From Candidatus Micrarchaeota archaeon (GTDB taxonomy: Archaea; Micrarchaeota; Micrarchaeia; Micrarchaeales; CABMGC01): DNA of 64,000 nt. The DNA is taken from positions 1,734-65,733 of the forward strand of contig JAJZKW010000002.1 of the NCBI GenBank assembly GCA_021803945.1, given 5' to 3'. How positions within the stretch are numbered: the first letter of the stretch is position 1; every line of letters begins with the position of its first letter. Under the pieces are notes generated by a model. The model saw only the letters and a program-made list of their open reading frames with translations. It ran no database searches and was not told the origin of the DNA. This document shows, in pieces, positions 55,177 to 64,000 of the stretch. A program made the translations under genes and the position numbers.

Positions 55177-58100
55177 ATGTTGTACCTAAAGTCTATTGTG
55201 CTTGATAAGTTCAAGTCCTTCAAACGTACCGAGCTGCTGTTCAGCAAGGGCTTTACCTGCGTTGTCGGTCCAAACGGAGCTGGAAAGAGCGTAATATTCG
55301 ATGCGCTCATGTTCGGCCTCGGAGAGCCGTCGCTCCAGACCCTCAGGGTCGACAGGCTCGAAGAGCTCATAAACAGGAACATCAAGAGGAAGCGCGACGA
55401 GCCTACTGTGGCCCACCTAAAGATGGATTTCGAGGGCGACGGGAAGCCCGTGACCGTGGTCAAGTCGATAAGGTCAGACGGCAAGACAGGCTACAGACTA
55501 AATGACAAGGCAATGACAAGGAAGGAGATCGTCGAGTTCCTTTCGAGCGAAGGCGTGCGCGCAGACGACACCACTACGATAGCGCAGGGAGAGATAAACG
55601 CCTATGCAACATTGAACTCGAGGCAGAGGAGGGAGCTCATAGACACTGCGGCAGGTATAAAGCAGTTCGAAGACAAGAAGCAGGAGGCGCTGAAGGAGCT
55701 GGACAAGGTGGACAGCAAGATCAATGAAGCCAAAGTAGCGCTCAACGAGAGGCAGGGCTTCCTGGACGGGCTTGAAAAAGAGAAGGAAGCCGCCGAGAGC
55801 TACATGAAGATGAATTCGCGGATGAAGAACCTGCGGTACAGCGTGCTTGTTGCAAGGAAGGACATGCTAAAGAGCTCAAACGACGCTTATACAAAGGAGC
55901 TTGCAATACTCGACTCTAAGAAGAGCGAGTCATCTTCCAGGCTAAGCGAGCTCAAGGCCAAGAGGGACCAGCTTGCGGAAGAGAGGCAGCAGCTCACAAA
56001 GGAGCTTAACAGTATAAACTCGGCCTCAGGGGAGACCGCATCAAAAGTGGAGAACCTCACCCGCGAGCTTGCAAGACTGGAAGTGGAGATACCATCCATA
56101 CAGAAGTCAATAGACGACAACAAGCTTTTCATAAGCCAGTCCGAGTCAGAACTATCAGCTGCAAATGACAGGATAAAGGAGAACAATTCCGTGATAGCAA
56201 AGCTCAACAAGGAGATAGCCGAGGCCGAAGCCGAGCTGGCGAAGCTCGGAGCCGTCCCTGAGGAAGGCGTGGACTACGAAAAAGAGCTTAAGGATGCAGG
56301 CATATTGGCGGAAGAGAGCGAGAACAGGCTGATAGACATACAGGGATACATATCAAAGCTGCAGGCAGATCTTTCGGCCGCGTCTTCAAAGAGGGCTGAC
56401 CTCGAGTCCAGGCACGAAAGCCTTGAAAGGAGCCTTGGCCTGATCACAGCAAGGAAGGAATCGAAGGAAGCCGAGATATCATCGACAAAACAGGCCATAA
56501 CAGACATGATCTCAACCATAGCGAGACTGGACCAGGAAAACTCGAAGGCAAAGAAGAGGTTATATGCGATAGACGGGGAGATGCTGACGTTCATAGAGCA
56601 AAGGGCGATCCTGCAGCAGAGGGAAGGCAACCTTAGCGCAAAGATATCAGAAAAGTTCTCAGAAAAGGACGGTTTCTACGGCAAGGCCTCAAGCCTATGC
56701 CATTACGACAGCAAGAATGCCTACGCAGTGGAGGCCGCGGCGTCAGGCAGGTTGGAATACTTCGTTGTAGACTCTATAGCCGTAGCGGGCAAGATAATAG
56801 ACTACCTTAAGAGGGGCAGCATTGGCAGGGCGACCTTCATACCGATAGGCGACCTTAGGCCGGAGGGCCAGAGGCCGGACGAGAAGGGCATCACGCCTGT
56901 CATAGATGTTGTAAAATTCGAGGGGAAATTCGCCAAGGTATTCTCTTACATTTTCAGTAACACATACATCATAGGGGATGTGAACGACGCCAAGAAGTAC
57001 GGGATAGGGAAGCACAGGTATGTGACTCAGGAAGGCGAGCTGATAGAGCAGTCCGGCACAGTCTCGGGAGGGTCGTCAAGGAGGGTATCGCTGTCGTCAA
57101 TAGAGAACAGGATCAGGGCGCTCGAGGCGGAGAAGGAGAAGGCGAGGAAAGAGAACGACATCGCGGAAGTCAGCCTGCACGAAGCCGAGAAGGAGAAGGC
57201 CCTGCTCGACATGCAGCTTGAAAACCTCTCCTCCGAGCTGAAGAAAGCTGCAGAGGAGTTTACCGCCGCGCTCAAGCAGCAGTCAGATGTGGCATCACAG
57301 ATAAGGGAGAGGTCAGAGGAGGAGACGAGGATAGGCAGGGAGATACTAAGTAAGGACAAGGAGAAGCTTGATGTGGTGACCGCGCTGACCAGGAGCAAGC
57401 AGGTGCAGGCCTCCATATACAGCAGAGTATCAGCAGCATCAAGAAGCCTGTCGAAGTCAGGCAAGTACAAGCAGGAGAAGGAGAAGGCCGACAGGCTAAG
57501 GCACGAATCAGAGGAGAAAAAGATAAGCAAGGCCTCCCTAGATACGGAAGCCCAGATTCTAGGAAAGAAGGCAGCAGAGCTTTTGTCTGCCATGGCAGAG
57601 AGACGCAAGCAGGCGAAGGAGCTCAAATCGCAGCTTCAGGACAAGGAGATGAGGAAAGAGGTCCTTCTGAAGTCAAGGGGAGACATAGAGAAGGAGATGA
57701 AGAACAAGAATGAATCAAGCAGGAGGCTCTACGACAGGCTAACTGCAATAGACGAAGAGGTCGGAAGCCTCAGCATGGAAATAGGGAAGCTTGACTCGGA
57801 GGCAGCGAACTTCGACAGGCAGATAAACGACCTCAGGATAAAGATGAGCCAGACAGGCACAAGGCTAAACGATATAACTGCCGAACTTTCTGCGTCCCAA
57901 CCAGGCCTTATGCTTGTGGATGGAAAGCCCGAAGAGATGGAAGCGGAGGCGAATATCCTAGCGGCGAAGCTGCAAGACCTGGGAAACGTCAACCTCAAGG
58001 CACCAGAAGTCTACGAAGAGAAGAAGAAATTCGCTGCCGAGGCCCAGGCAAGGGTCAGCACGCTGCAGGCAGAGAAGGACGCAGTGATCAGGATGATGGA

Positions 58101-58590
58101 AGAGATCGACTCAAAGAAGCTGCAGACATTCATGGACATGCTCAACCAGGTCAACAAGAACTTCGGCAAGCTGTACAACTACGTGTTCCCAGGGAAGGTC
58201 GCAATAATGCTCGAGGACGAATCCGACCCGCTCAACAGCGGAATAGTCATACACATGAACGACGGAAAATCCGATGTGCCCCTCAAGTCCCTTTCCGGAG
58301 GGCAGAAATCGATGATAGCGCTTATGATGCTCTTCTCGATCCACCTATGCAAAAAATCGTCCCTCTACCTCTTCGACGAAGTTGACGCTGCGCTAGACTC
58401 AGAAAATGCCAAGCTGCTATCAAAACTCATAAAGCAGATGAGCGAAACTGCGCAGTTCATAGTGATAAGCCACAACAACTCCCTCATAGTCAATGCAGAT
58501 GCTGCAATAGGGATAACAATGGACGAAACAAAAGAGTCGAGGGCAGTCGGCCTTGAGATAAGCAGCGTGGCCATGAGCAAGCAGCAGTAA
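55177..58590 (+). CDS. smc: chromosome segregation protein SMC
   Basis: FKSF, GPNGAGKS, Q-loop AQG, hinge GRATFIP...GTVSGG, LGNVNLKA, LSGGQ, LFDEVDAALD, VISH. Confidence 0.95.
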   Translation: MLYLKSIVLDKFKSFKRTELLFSKGFTCVVGPNGAGKSVIFDALMFGLGEPSLQTLRVDRLEELINRNIKRKRDEPTVAHLKMDFEGDGKPVTVVKSIRSDGKTGYRLNDKAMTRKEIVEFLSSEGVRADDTTTIAQGEINAYATLNSRQRRELIDTAAGIKQFEDKKQEALKELDKVDSKINEAKVALNERQGFLDGLEKEKEAAESYMKMNSRMKNLRYSVLVARKDMLKSSNDAYTKELAILDSKKSESSSRLSELKAKRDQLAEERQQLTKELNSINSASGETASKVENLTRELARLEVEIPSIQKSIDDNKLFISQSESELSAANDRIKENNSVIAKLNKEIAEAEAELAKLGAVPEEGVDYEKELKDAGILAEESENRLIDIQGYISKLQADLSAASSKRADLESRHESLERSLGLITARKESKEAEISSTKQAITDMISTIARLDQENSKAKKRLYAIDGEMLTFIEQRAILQQREGNLSAKISEKFSEKDGFYGKASSLCHYDSKNAYAVEAAASGRLEYFVVDSIAVAGKIIDYLKRGSIGRATFIPIGDLRPEGQRPDEKGITPVIDVVKFEGKFAKVFSYIFSNTYIIGDVNDAKKYGIGKHRYVTQEGELIEQSGTVSGGSSRRVSLSSIENRIRALEAEKEKARKENDIAEVSLHEAEKEKALLDMQLENLSSELKKAAEEFTAALKQQSDVASQIRERSEEETRIGREILSKDKEKLDVVTALTRSKQVQASIYSRVSAASRSLSKSGKYKQEKEKADRLRHESEEKKISKASLDTEAQILGKKAAELLSAMAERRKQAKELKSQLQDKEMRKEVLLKSRGDIEKEMKNKNESSRRLYDRLTAIDEEVGSLSMEIGKLDSEAANFDRQINDLRIKMSQTGTRLNDITAELSASQPGLMLVDGKPEEMEAEANILAAKLQDLGNVNLKAPEVYEEKKKFAAEAQARVSTLQAEKDAVIRMMEEIDSKKLQTFMDMLNQVNKNFGKLYNYVFPGKVAIMLEDESDPLNSGIVIHMNDGKSDVPLKSLSGGQKSMIALMMLFSIHLCKKSSLYLFDEVDAALDSENAKLLSKLIKQMSETAQFIVISHNNSLIVNADAAIGITMDETKESRAVGLEISSVAMSKQQ

Positions 58591-58596
58591 GCAGCA

Positions 58597-59628
58597 GTGA
58601 TGATATTGAAGCCTAAAAATCAGAAAGCTGCGCCTAAACGCGCAAAGCAGAACCAGGGGGGCATACTGGTCCTGTATCTCATCCTCGCATTGTCTGTTGT
58701 AGGCTATGCCATGACCGGAAGCATACTGATAGGTGCAGCCGCTTTTGTAATACTTGTCGTTACCCTCGCATCTGAATTCAAGTTCAGTGTCAAGGAGGAA
58801 GGCATGCGAAAGAGCGTATATGACATAATTACAGCGATAGTGGCAGTAGTTGTCATATGGATAATACTAATAATACTTCTCGGGACCAGTTCACCTGTCA
58901 ACGTAGTCGCGAGCTGCAGCATGCTGCCAACGCTTCACAGGGGAGACATGGTGATACTCCGCGGCATACAGAACATGACCTCGTTCCTAGAGTCACACCA
59001 AATACCGATAGTGAATGTCTCTCCGCAGGAAATGAACTACACGCTTTCCCACATGAATAGCGAATCCCTGGCTTTTTTTGCGTATAATCCGTCAAACAGC
59101 TCGAAGATAGGCGAGATAGTCAATGTCCCTGACCCAAGGGTGCAGCTATACAACACAAAATGCATAGATACGTATACTGTTTCAGGCCAACCTCAGTATA
59201 TCTCCAGGTGTGCGGTCAGGTCGCAGGCAGGCAACCTGATAAAATACAACTATTCGATAGAGCGCGTGGATGTTGCAGGCGCCATCCAGTACATCCCGCA
59301 AACTAACAGGATAACTATAGGAAACACTACGATAAACGAGAACTACAGCAATCCGATAGTGGTGTACCAGACAACCGCCAATGACTCCTTCAGCGGAGAC
59401 ATAGTGCACAGGGTCTTTTCAGCAATAAGGGCAGGAAACGACTATTACATACTTACAAAAGGCGACAACAACGGCGGCCTGGACATCCAGTTCCTAAACT
59501 ATCCAGCCAAGTCAAGCGCAGTGCTGGGATATGTGATTGCAGATATCCCGGTCGTGGGGTACCTGAGGCTGATAATAAGCGGGCAGCTCTCAACTCCGGC
59601 AGGGTGCAATTCTACCATAATCAGGTAA
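58597..59628 (+). CDS. signal peptidase I (S26, Sec11-type) with large insertion
   Basis: VASCSMLPTLHRGDMV, IVHRV, TKGDNN, IPVVGY. Confidence 0.85.
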   Translation: MMILKPKNQKAAPKRAKQNQGGILVLYLILALSVVGYAMTGSILIGAAAFVILVVTLASEFKFSVKEEGMRKSVYDIITAIVAVVVIWIILIILLGTSSPVNVVASCSMLPTLHRGDMVILRGIQNMTSFLESHQIPIVNVSPQEMNYTLSHMNSESLAFFAYNPSNSSKIGEIVNVPDPRVQLYNTKCIDTYTVSGQPQYISRCAVRSQAGNLIKYNYSIERVDVAGAIQYIPQTNRITIGNTTINENYSNPIVVYQTTANDSFSGDIVHRVFSAIRAGNDYYILTKGDNNGGLDIQFLNYPAKSSAVLGYVIADIPVVGYLRLIISGQLSTPAGCNSTIIR

Positions 59629-59665
59629 CGCTGCTCGGACGAAATAAAAACAAAATAGTGATAAC

Positions 59666-60835
59666 TTGCGGCAATACTGGATGACAAGAAATGTTCTCCT
59701 GGTCGCGTTTTCAGCATTCTTTGCGGATATGGGGTACCAAAGCGCAATCGCCCTATTCCCGATCTTCCTAGTTACCGTGCTCGGCGCTTCGGCTTCAGCC
59801 TTCGGATTGGCCACAGCTGCGGCATTCGGTATAGGTTCATTCTTCGGCTACCTCGGCGGATTGATGAGCTCCAGGTTCAATGACAAGAAAATTGCCATTT
59901 TAGGCAATTCGCTCATACCTCTGATATCCCTCATGGGCCTAACTTCCAGTCCGCTGATTGCAGCCGCACTCTTCAGCGGGGGCTGGTGGGCTAGGAATTT
60001 CAGGAGCCCACCGAGGAGGGTCATATTCTCCAATGCGACAACAGTCAAGAACAGGGCCAAGGCGTTCGGATTCCTGCATGCGCTTGATATCGGAGGCGGT
60101 GCGCTTTCGATAGTGATGCTGCTTGCATTGATCCTCATAGGAATCGCTGTCAAGACCATACTTCTCCTGACGATCATTCCGCTGGTCATATCCACAATGC
60201 TATTGTTCTTCATAAAAGAGGCGAAGCCAGGCATTGCCAATGCAAAGAGCAAATTAGTTAATATCACAAGAAAGATAGCAGTTCAGGGAAATGCCTATAA
60301 AGGAATAATAATAGCCACATCTCTCTACGGTTTCAGTTCATATACTTTCGGATTTCCCATACTGACGATATCCCATGTCTCAAACGACCTGTTCGGAATA
60401 GGTGCTTACGGAGTTTATCTAGGTGTATCTGCGATTGCGGGGTATTTCATCGGATCAATGGGCTGGAATAAGATAAGGACGCTGTCGCTGGCCGGTTATG
60501 TATTGTCAGGATTAGGCACATTGATAATAGGCATAGGGTACATTCTGCAATTGGGACTCGCATCACTTTTCCTCGGAGTGATAGTGATGGGATCAGGCTT
60601 CGGGGCCATAGAGACGCTTGAGCCTACCTTGATCTCCCTGATAAAAAGTCCAAAGGACATCGGCAGGGGAATGGGAGCCCTTGCAGGGTCCAGGAGTATC
60701 GGGATATTCTCAGCAAACCTAATCATGGGCATATTGTATGTAATCAATCCTGGCGAGTCCTACATCTATGCAGCAACAGTGGCGATAATCGCAGGTGCCA
60801 TAGTGCTGGTTTCTGGCAAGGGCCTCAAAGCCTAG
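59666..60835 (+). CDS. MFS transporter
   Basis: SAFFADMGYQ, RSPPRR, RAKAFGFLHALDIGG; about 12 TM. Confidence 0.9.
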   Translation: MRQYWMTRNVLLVAFSAFFADMGYQSAIALFPIFLVTVLGASASAFGLATAAAFGIGSFFGYLGGLMSSRFNDKKIAILGNSLIPLISLMGLTSSPLIAAALFSGGWWARNFRSPPRRVIFSNATTVKNRAKAFGFLHALDIGGGALSIVMLLALILIGIAVKTILLLTIIPLVISTMLLFFIKEAKPGIANAKSKLVNITRKIAVQGNAYKGIIIATSLYGFSSYTFGFPILTISHVSNDLFGIGAYGVYLGVSAIAGYFIGSMGWNKIRTLSLAGYVLSGLGTLIIGIGYILQLGLASLFLGVIVMGSGFGAIETLEPTLISLIKSPKDIGRGMGALAGSRSIGIFSANLIMGILYVINPGESYIYAATVAIIAGAIVLVSGKGLKA

Positions 60836-60873
60836 CGCTGCCTGAATAAAAAACCTGAGCTTTGCAATCTTCA

Positions 60874-61917
60874 TCAACCTGTTACATGCTCCTTGTACGC
60901 CAACAATTCACGGATGCCCAATATCAGGCTGCCAATCCCTACAACACCGACCACTAACAGCACAAGCACAGTGGCTACCCCTACCGAGTCCAGGTTTGGT
61001 ATTGGGTTGCCTGTGCTTATCGCTATATTGTCCAAGACTGGAAATGCGATTATCAATGCGCCTATTAGCGCAAAGATAAAGCCTCCATAAAACAGCGTCC
61101 TCCCAGCGGTCTTCCTTCCGACGTAACTGACCTGCGCTATACTGAGTTTCTTTAACCTTGCAATATTTGCAAACAGTCCGCCGAATATTATCTGCATTAT
61201 CATGGTTCCTAATCCAAAGAACAGCCCGGGCAGGGGCGCATATATCAGGCTTGGGACCTGCGGGGCCAGTATGAAGGTTATTATTGTTGCATAAGGCCCA
61301 AATCCCCAACCCGCTATAAGCCCATGCACTACTGCCATCTTCAGCGGTATCTGCTTAGGCTCAGGCTCTCCGACCCGCAGCTTCGCGGAGAATGACGAAC
61401 GATGTTCCTTGCTGCCCAGCAGCGCGTCTATCGGTATATGGAGATATTTTTTCTTGTTGAGTATATATGCTCCCGCTACAAACATAGCTATTCCGACTAT
61501 TATGTAGACCGGGCCGTCAAGGTTGTATGTCTTGTATATCGCCGCCAAGCCAATAAACCCCAGCGTCGTGAGCAGCGCCCTCTGAAATGTGAACCCCGCC
61601 GAGAATGCGAACCCCGCCTTCATCCCCTTCATGGTGCTGTAGCTCCCTACAGCATAGCTGAACGTTATAGGCCAGGTGTGTTCATCAGGAGTCGCTCCGT
61701 GCATCACTCCCAGTATGAGCGATATGGTCACTATTGCAATCAATGAGAGCTTTTCTGGTGGGTTAAGTATATAACCCAAATTGAACTGGACCCCGCTGAA
61801 TTCATAGAGGGCGAGCAACGCTACAACCACAACTGCGATTGCAATTATAAGCACATATGCCGGCTGCAATTCTTTGCGCTTCGGCGCCTCCTTGTCCTCC
61901 ATCTTCAACCACACCAT
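60874..61917 (-). CDS. putative metal (Ni/Co) permease, NicO/DsbD_2-like
   Basis: LGVMHGATPDEHTWP resembles the H....DH signature; HGLIAGWG; FGLGTM; multiple TM; divergent from a NikR-like gene. Confidence 0.65.
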   Translation of the reverse strand: MVWLKMEDKEAPKRKELQPAYVLIIAIAVVVVALLALYEFSGVQFNLGYILNPPEKLSLIAIVTISLILGVMHGATPDEHTWPITFSYAVGSYSTMKGMKAGFAFSAGFTFQRALLTTLGFIGLAAIYKTYNLDGPVYIIVGIAMFVAGAYILNKKKYLHIPIDALLGSKEHRSSFSAKLRVGEPEPKQIPLKMAVVHGLIAGWGFGPYATIITFILAPQVPSLIYAPLPGLFFGLGTMIMQIIFGGLFANIARLKKLSIAQVSYVGRKTAGRTLFYGGFIFALIGALIIAFPVLDNIAISTGNPIPNLDSVGVATVLVLLVVGVVGIGSLILGIRELLAYKEHVTG

Positions 61918-61925
61918 GCCCTATG

Positions 61926-61993
61926 GCTAATAATTATTTCAAGATTTAATTATTAACTAAAAGTTAATAAATATTCGCTATTAAGTTATTAAC
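61926..61993. promoter_or_regulatory. two long-spacer inverted repeats (NikR-type operators)
   Basis: GCTAATAA-N16-TTATTAAC (61926-61957) and GTTAATAA-N15-TTATTAAC (61963-61993). Confidence 0.65.
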
Positions 61994-62047
61994 ATTACAA
62001 GGTGCCGCCTATTAATCCGCAATGGGCATAATCTTGAATGAGTTGAT

Positions 62048-62443
62048 GTGCTGGAGATATTGAGCATTTCTATAGACAAAGCGGCTCTGAGGCAGCTCGA
62101 CGGAATCCAAAAAAGACTAGGGTACAAGAGCAGGTCGAAGCTGCTCAGAAATGCAGTCATGGGCATGCTAAGCGATTATGAAAGCATAGACTCCCTCAAG
62201 GGCAATGTCGAAAGCGTGTTCGTGCTCACATACGGTGATTCCGAGAAGAATCGCGTATCGGACCTGCTCCACAGGTTTGAGGGGACGATAGAGACGGAGA
62301 CGCACCACCATCATTCAGGAGCCTGCATAGACGTCCTAAACATAAGCACGGATGCCAAACGGACAATCGAGATCTTAGGCGCACTCAAAAAGAGCAAGAG
62401 CATATACTCAGTGACATATTCCGTTATACCAAAGACCAAATGA
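62048..62443 (+). CDS. NikR-family ribbon-helix-helix regulator
   Basis: ILSISID...LD......GYKSRSKLLRNA RHH domain; C-terminal HHHH..AC metal site. Confidence 0.85.
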   Translation: MLEILSISIDKAALRQLDGIQKRLGYKSRSKLLRNAVMGMLSDYESIDSLKGNVESVFVLTYGDSEKNRVSDLLHRFEGTIETETHHHHSGACIDVLNISTDAKRTIEILGALKKSKSIYSVTYSVIPKTK

Positions 62444-62446
62444 GTG

Positions 62447-63805
62447 CTAGGCGCCCTCTGCTTCCTTGAGTTCGGCCCTTCCTATCTCAAGGAGCTGCCT
62501 AGCCCGGCCTTCTGTCTTCGCCTCTGCAGCCATCCTTATCTTAGGGCCTGTATTCGAGGCCCGCGCAAGCAGCCATCCATCCTCAGTGACTATCTTTACC
62601 CCGTCCACGTCTATTATCCTATAGCCCTTCCCAGAAAGGCTCTTGGCCATGGCGTCTATAATGCCGAACTTCTTCTTGTCATCGGATTCAAACTCCTCGT
62701 ATACCTTTACGTATTTCGGCAGCCGTTCGACAAGCGAGGAGAGGCTGCTCCTGCTCACGCAAAGGAGCTCTGACATCTTCAGCGCGGAGAAAAGGCCGTC
62801 GTCAGCCCCATACGTCTCCTGGAAGTACATATGGCCAGATATCTCCCCTCCAAACCTCGCATTCTCCTTCTTCATCCTCTCCTTGAAGTGCGAATGGCCG
62901 ACCTTCGATAGGAGTGGTATGCCTCCCGCAGCCTTTATCTCGTCTTCTATAACGCTAGAACATGACGGCTCGTAGACTACCTTCTCCCCGCTCTTAAGGT
63001 ATCCCTTCACAAGGAGCGCAAGCGCCGTGTCCCCGCCAATAACGTCTCCCTTCTCTGTTACGAACAGGACCCTGTCACCGTCCCCGTCAAATGCAATCCC
63101 CAGGTCCAGTCCTTCTGACTTAACCAGTGCCACAAGTTCCCCTATGGTATGCGGGTTCGGTTCCGGCGACCTTGAGGGGAACCTTCCATCAGGGATATCG
63201 TTTATGGCCTTTACCATTGCTCCTTTTCTCCTGAATATCCCTGTAGCCAACCCCGAATATGCGCCGTTGCCAGGGTCTATCCCAACCTTCAGCCCTTCGA
63301 GCGGACCTATCTTGCCTGACAAGGCCTCTATATAATCCCTAACTATATCTGTGCTCCTGTCCTCCATGCTGCCCCTTCCCCTGTCAGCGAATCCGTCTCT
63401 CTTGATCATCTCCCTCATCTCCTCGAGGCCTGTGCCTAGCCCTATCACGTAGGCATCCTTCCTGCATATCTTGAATCCGTTCCATTCAGGAGGGTTATGG
63501 CTTGCGCTCACGGTAATCCCTCCGTCAAGCTTATAGCGGGAAATGGCGAAGTAGAGCAGGGGAGTGGGTATGACTCCTGCAAAGACGATGTCAAGCCCCT
63601 CGCTAAGGATCCCGTCTACCAGCCTCTCTGCGAGCCCCTTGCTGCTAACCCGCACATCCATGCCTACAAGCACCTTCCTGCCTTCGCCTATCAGCTCCCC
63701 GAAAGACCTGCCTACAAGCTCTGCAAGACTTTCGTCTATGTCACTGGGATATATCCCCCTTATGTCGTAAGATCTGAATATGCTGTCCTTGATCTCCTGT
63801 CCCAT
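62447..63805 (-). CDS. phosphomannomutase/phosphoglucomutase
   Basis: IFRSYDIRG, SASHNP, FDGDGDR, GEISGH, RASNTGP; true start ATG 63805. Confidence 0.95.
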   Translation of the reverse strand: MGQEIKDSIFRSYDIRGIYPSDIDESLAELVGRSFGELIGEGRKVLVGMDVRVSSKGLAERLVDGILSEGLDIVFAGVIPTPLLYFAISRYKLDGGITVSASHNPPEWNGFKICRKDAYVIGLGTGLEEMREMIKRDGFADRGRGSMEDRSTDIVRDYIEALSGKIGPLEGLKVGIDPGNGAYSGLATGIFRRKGAMVKAINDIPDGRFPSRSPEPNPHTIGELVALVKSEGLDLGIAFDGDGDRVLFVTEKGDVIGGDTALALLVKGYLKSGEKVVYEPSCSSVIEDEIKAAGGIPLLSKVGHSHFKERMKKENARFGGEISGHMYFQETYGADDGLFSALKMSELLCVSRSSLSSLVERLPKYVKVYEEFESDDKKKFGIIDAMAKSLSGKGYRIIDVDGVKIVTEDGWLLARASNTGPKIRMAAEAKTEGRARQLLEIGRAELKEAEGA

Positions 63806-63911
63806 CCAATCCCAGATATCTAACACAGTATTATAATAAATATTATGATGAAAATAATCACGTTTATTATTGCCTGCAGCCGGAGTGCGGCACTGGGCCA
63901 GGATTGATCCA

Positions 63912-64000
63912 TTGAACAGGGAGAACATAATACTTTCAATACTAGTCTTAGGGACGATGATGGGCGCAATAGACGCCACGATAGTTCTCCTCGCCCTGCC
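63912..64000 (+). CDS. MFS (DHA2/EmrB-like) transporter, 3'-partial
   Basis: Hand translation LNRENIILSILVLGTMMGAIDATIVLLALP contains the DHA2 TM1 motif D.TIV..ALP; runs off the window. Confidence 0.75.
   Translation, partial: MNRENIILSILVLGTMMGAIDATIVLLAL

Noticed and set aside
393..63823. Many long antisense or alternate-frame ORFs (e.g. 14375-15298, 26170-26988, 30822-31691, 47450-48286)
   Set aside because: They lie opposite well-supported genes, have no recognisable motifs and show the Ser/Ile/Pro-rich composition of shadow ORFs.
63806..63979. N-terminal extensions in the ORF track (PMM/PGM, also sufC, bcp, S2P, rpoK, GT2)
   Set aside because: They are upstream in-frame near-cognate starts running through promoters or neighbouring genes; family homology begins at the later starts used.

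Overview
Gene-dense archaeal chromosome segment of roughly balanced GC. Markers include GatE, aIF5B, aIF5A, eS24/eS31, Rpo6, Hel308, an archaeal ATP-dependent ligase, geranylgeranyl reductase, two FtsZ, SepF and SMC. Gene content and divergence fit a DPANN lineage, most likely Micrarchaeota; this is inference, not a database result. Most of the window is housekeeping: translation, Suf Fe-S assembly, Msr, DNA repair, division, lipid and glycosylation genes, transporters and peptidases. Two intron-less tRNA-Thr genes are each followed by an AT-rich islet. One islet holds a nucleotidyltransferase plus small-protein pair. The other holds a decayed toxin-antitoxin-like pair and a degenerate tRNA 3' fragment. 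The most notable observations are: (1) a divergent PadR / Cys-repeat metallothionein-like module with a symmetric operator-TATA-operator promoter; (2) an IleRS with GAHH and EMHRH in place of HIGH and KMSKS; (3) tandem FtsZ2-type paralogues; (4) a Sulfolobales-like arginine decarboxylase; (5) a ~45-bp promoter/5'UTR cassette shared by three ORFans; (6) a NikR-like regulator with two long-spacer operators. No CRISPR array, rRNA, transposase, integrase or intein was seen. Family assignments come from motif recognition and memory, not from searches.
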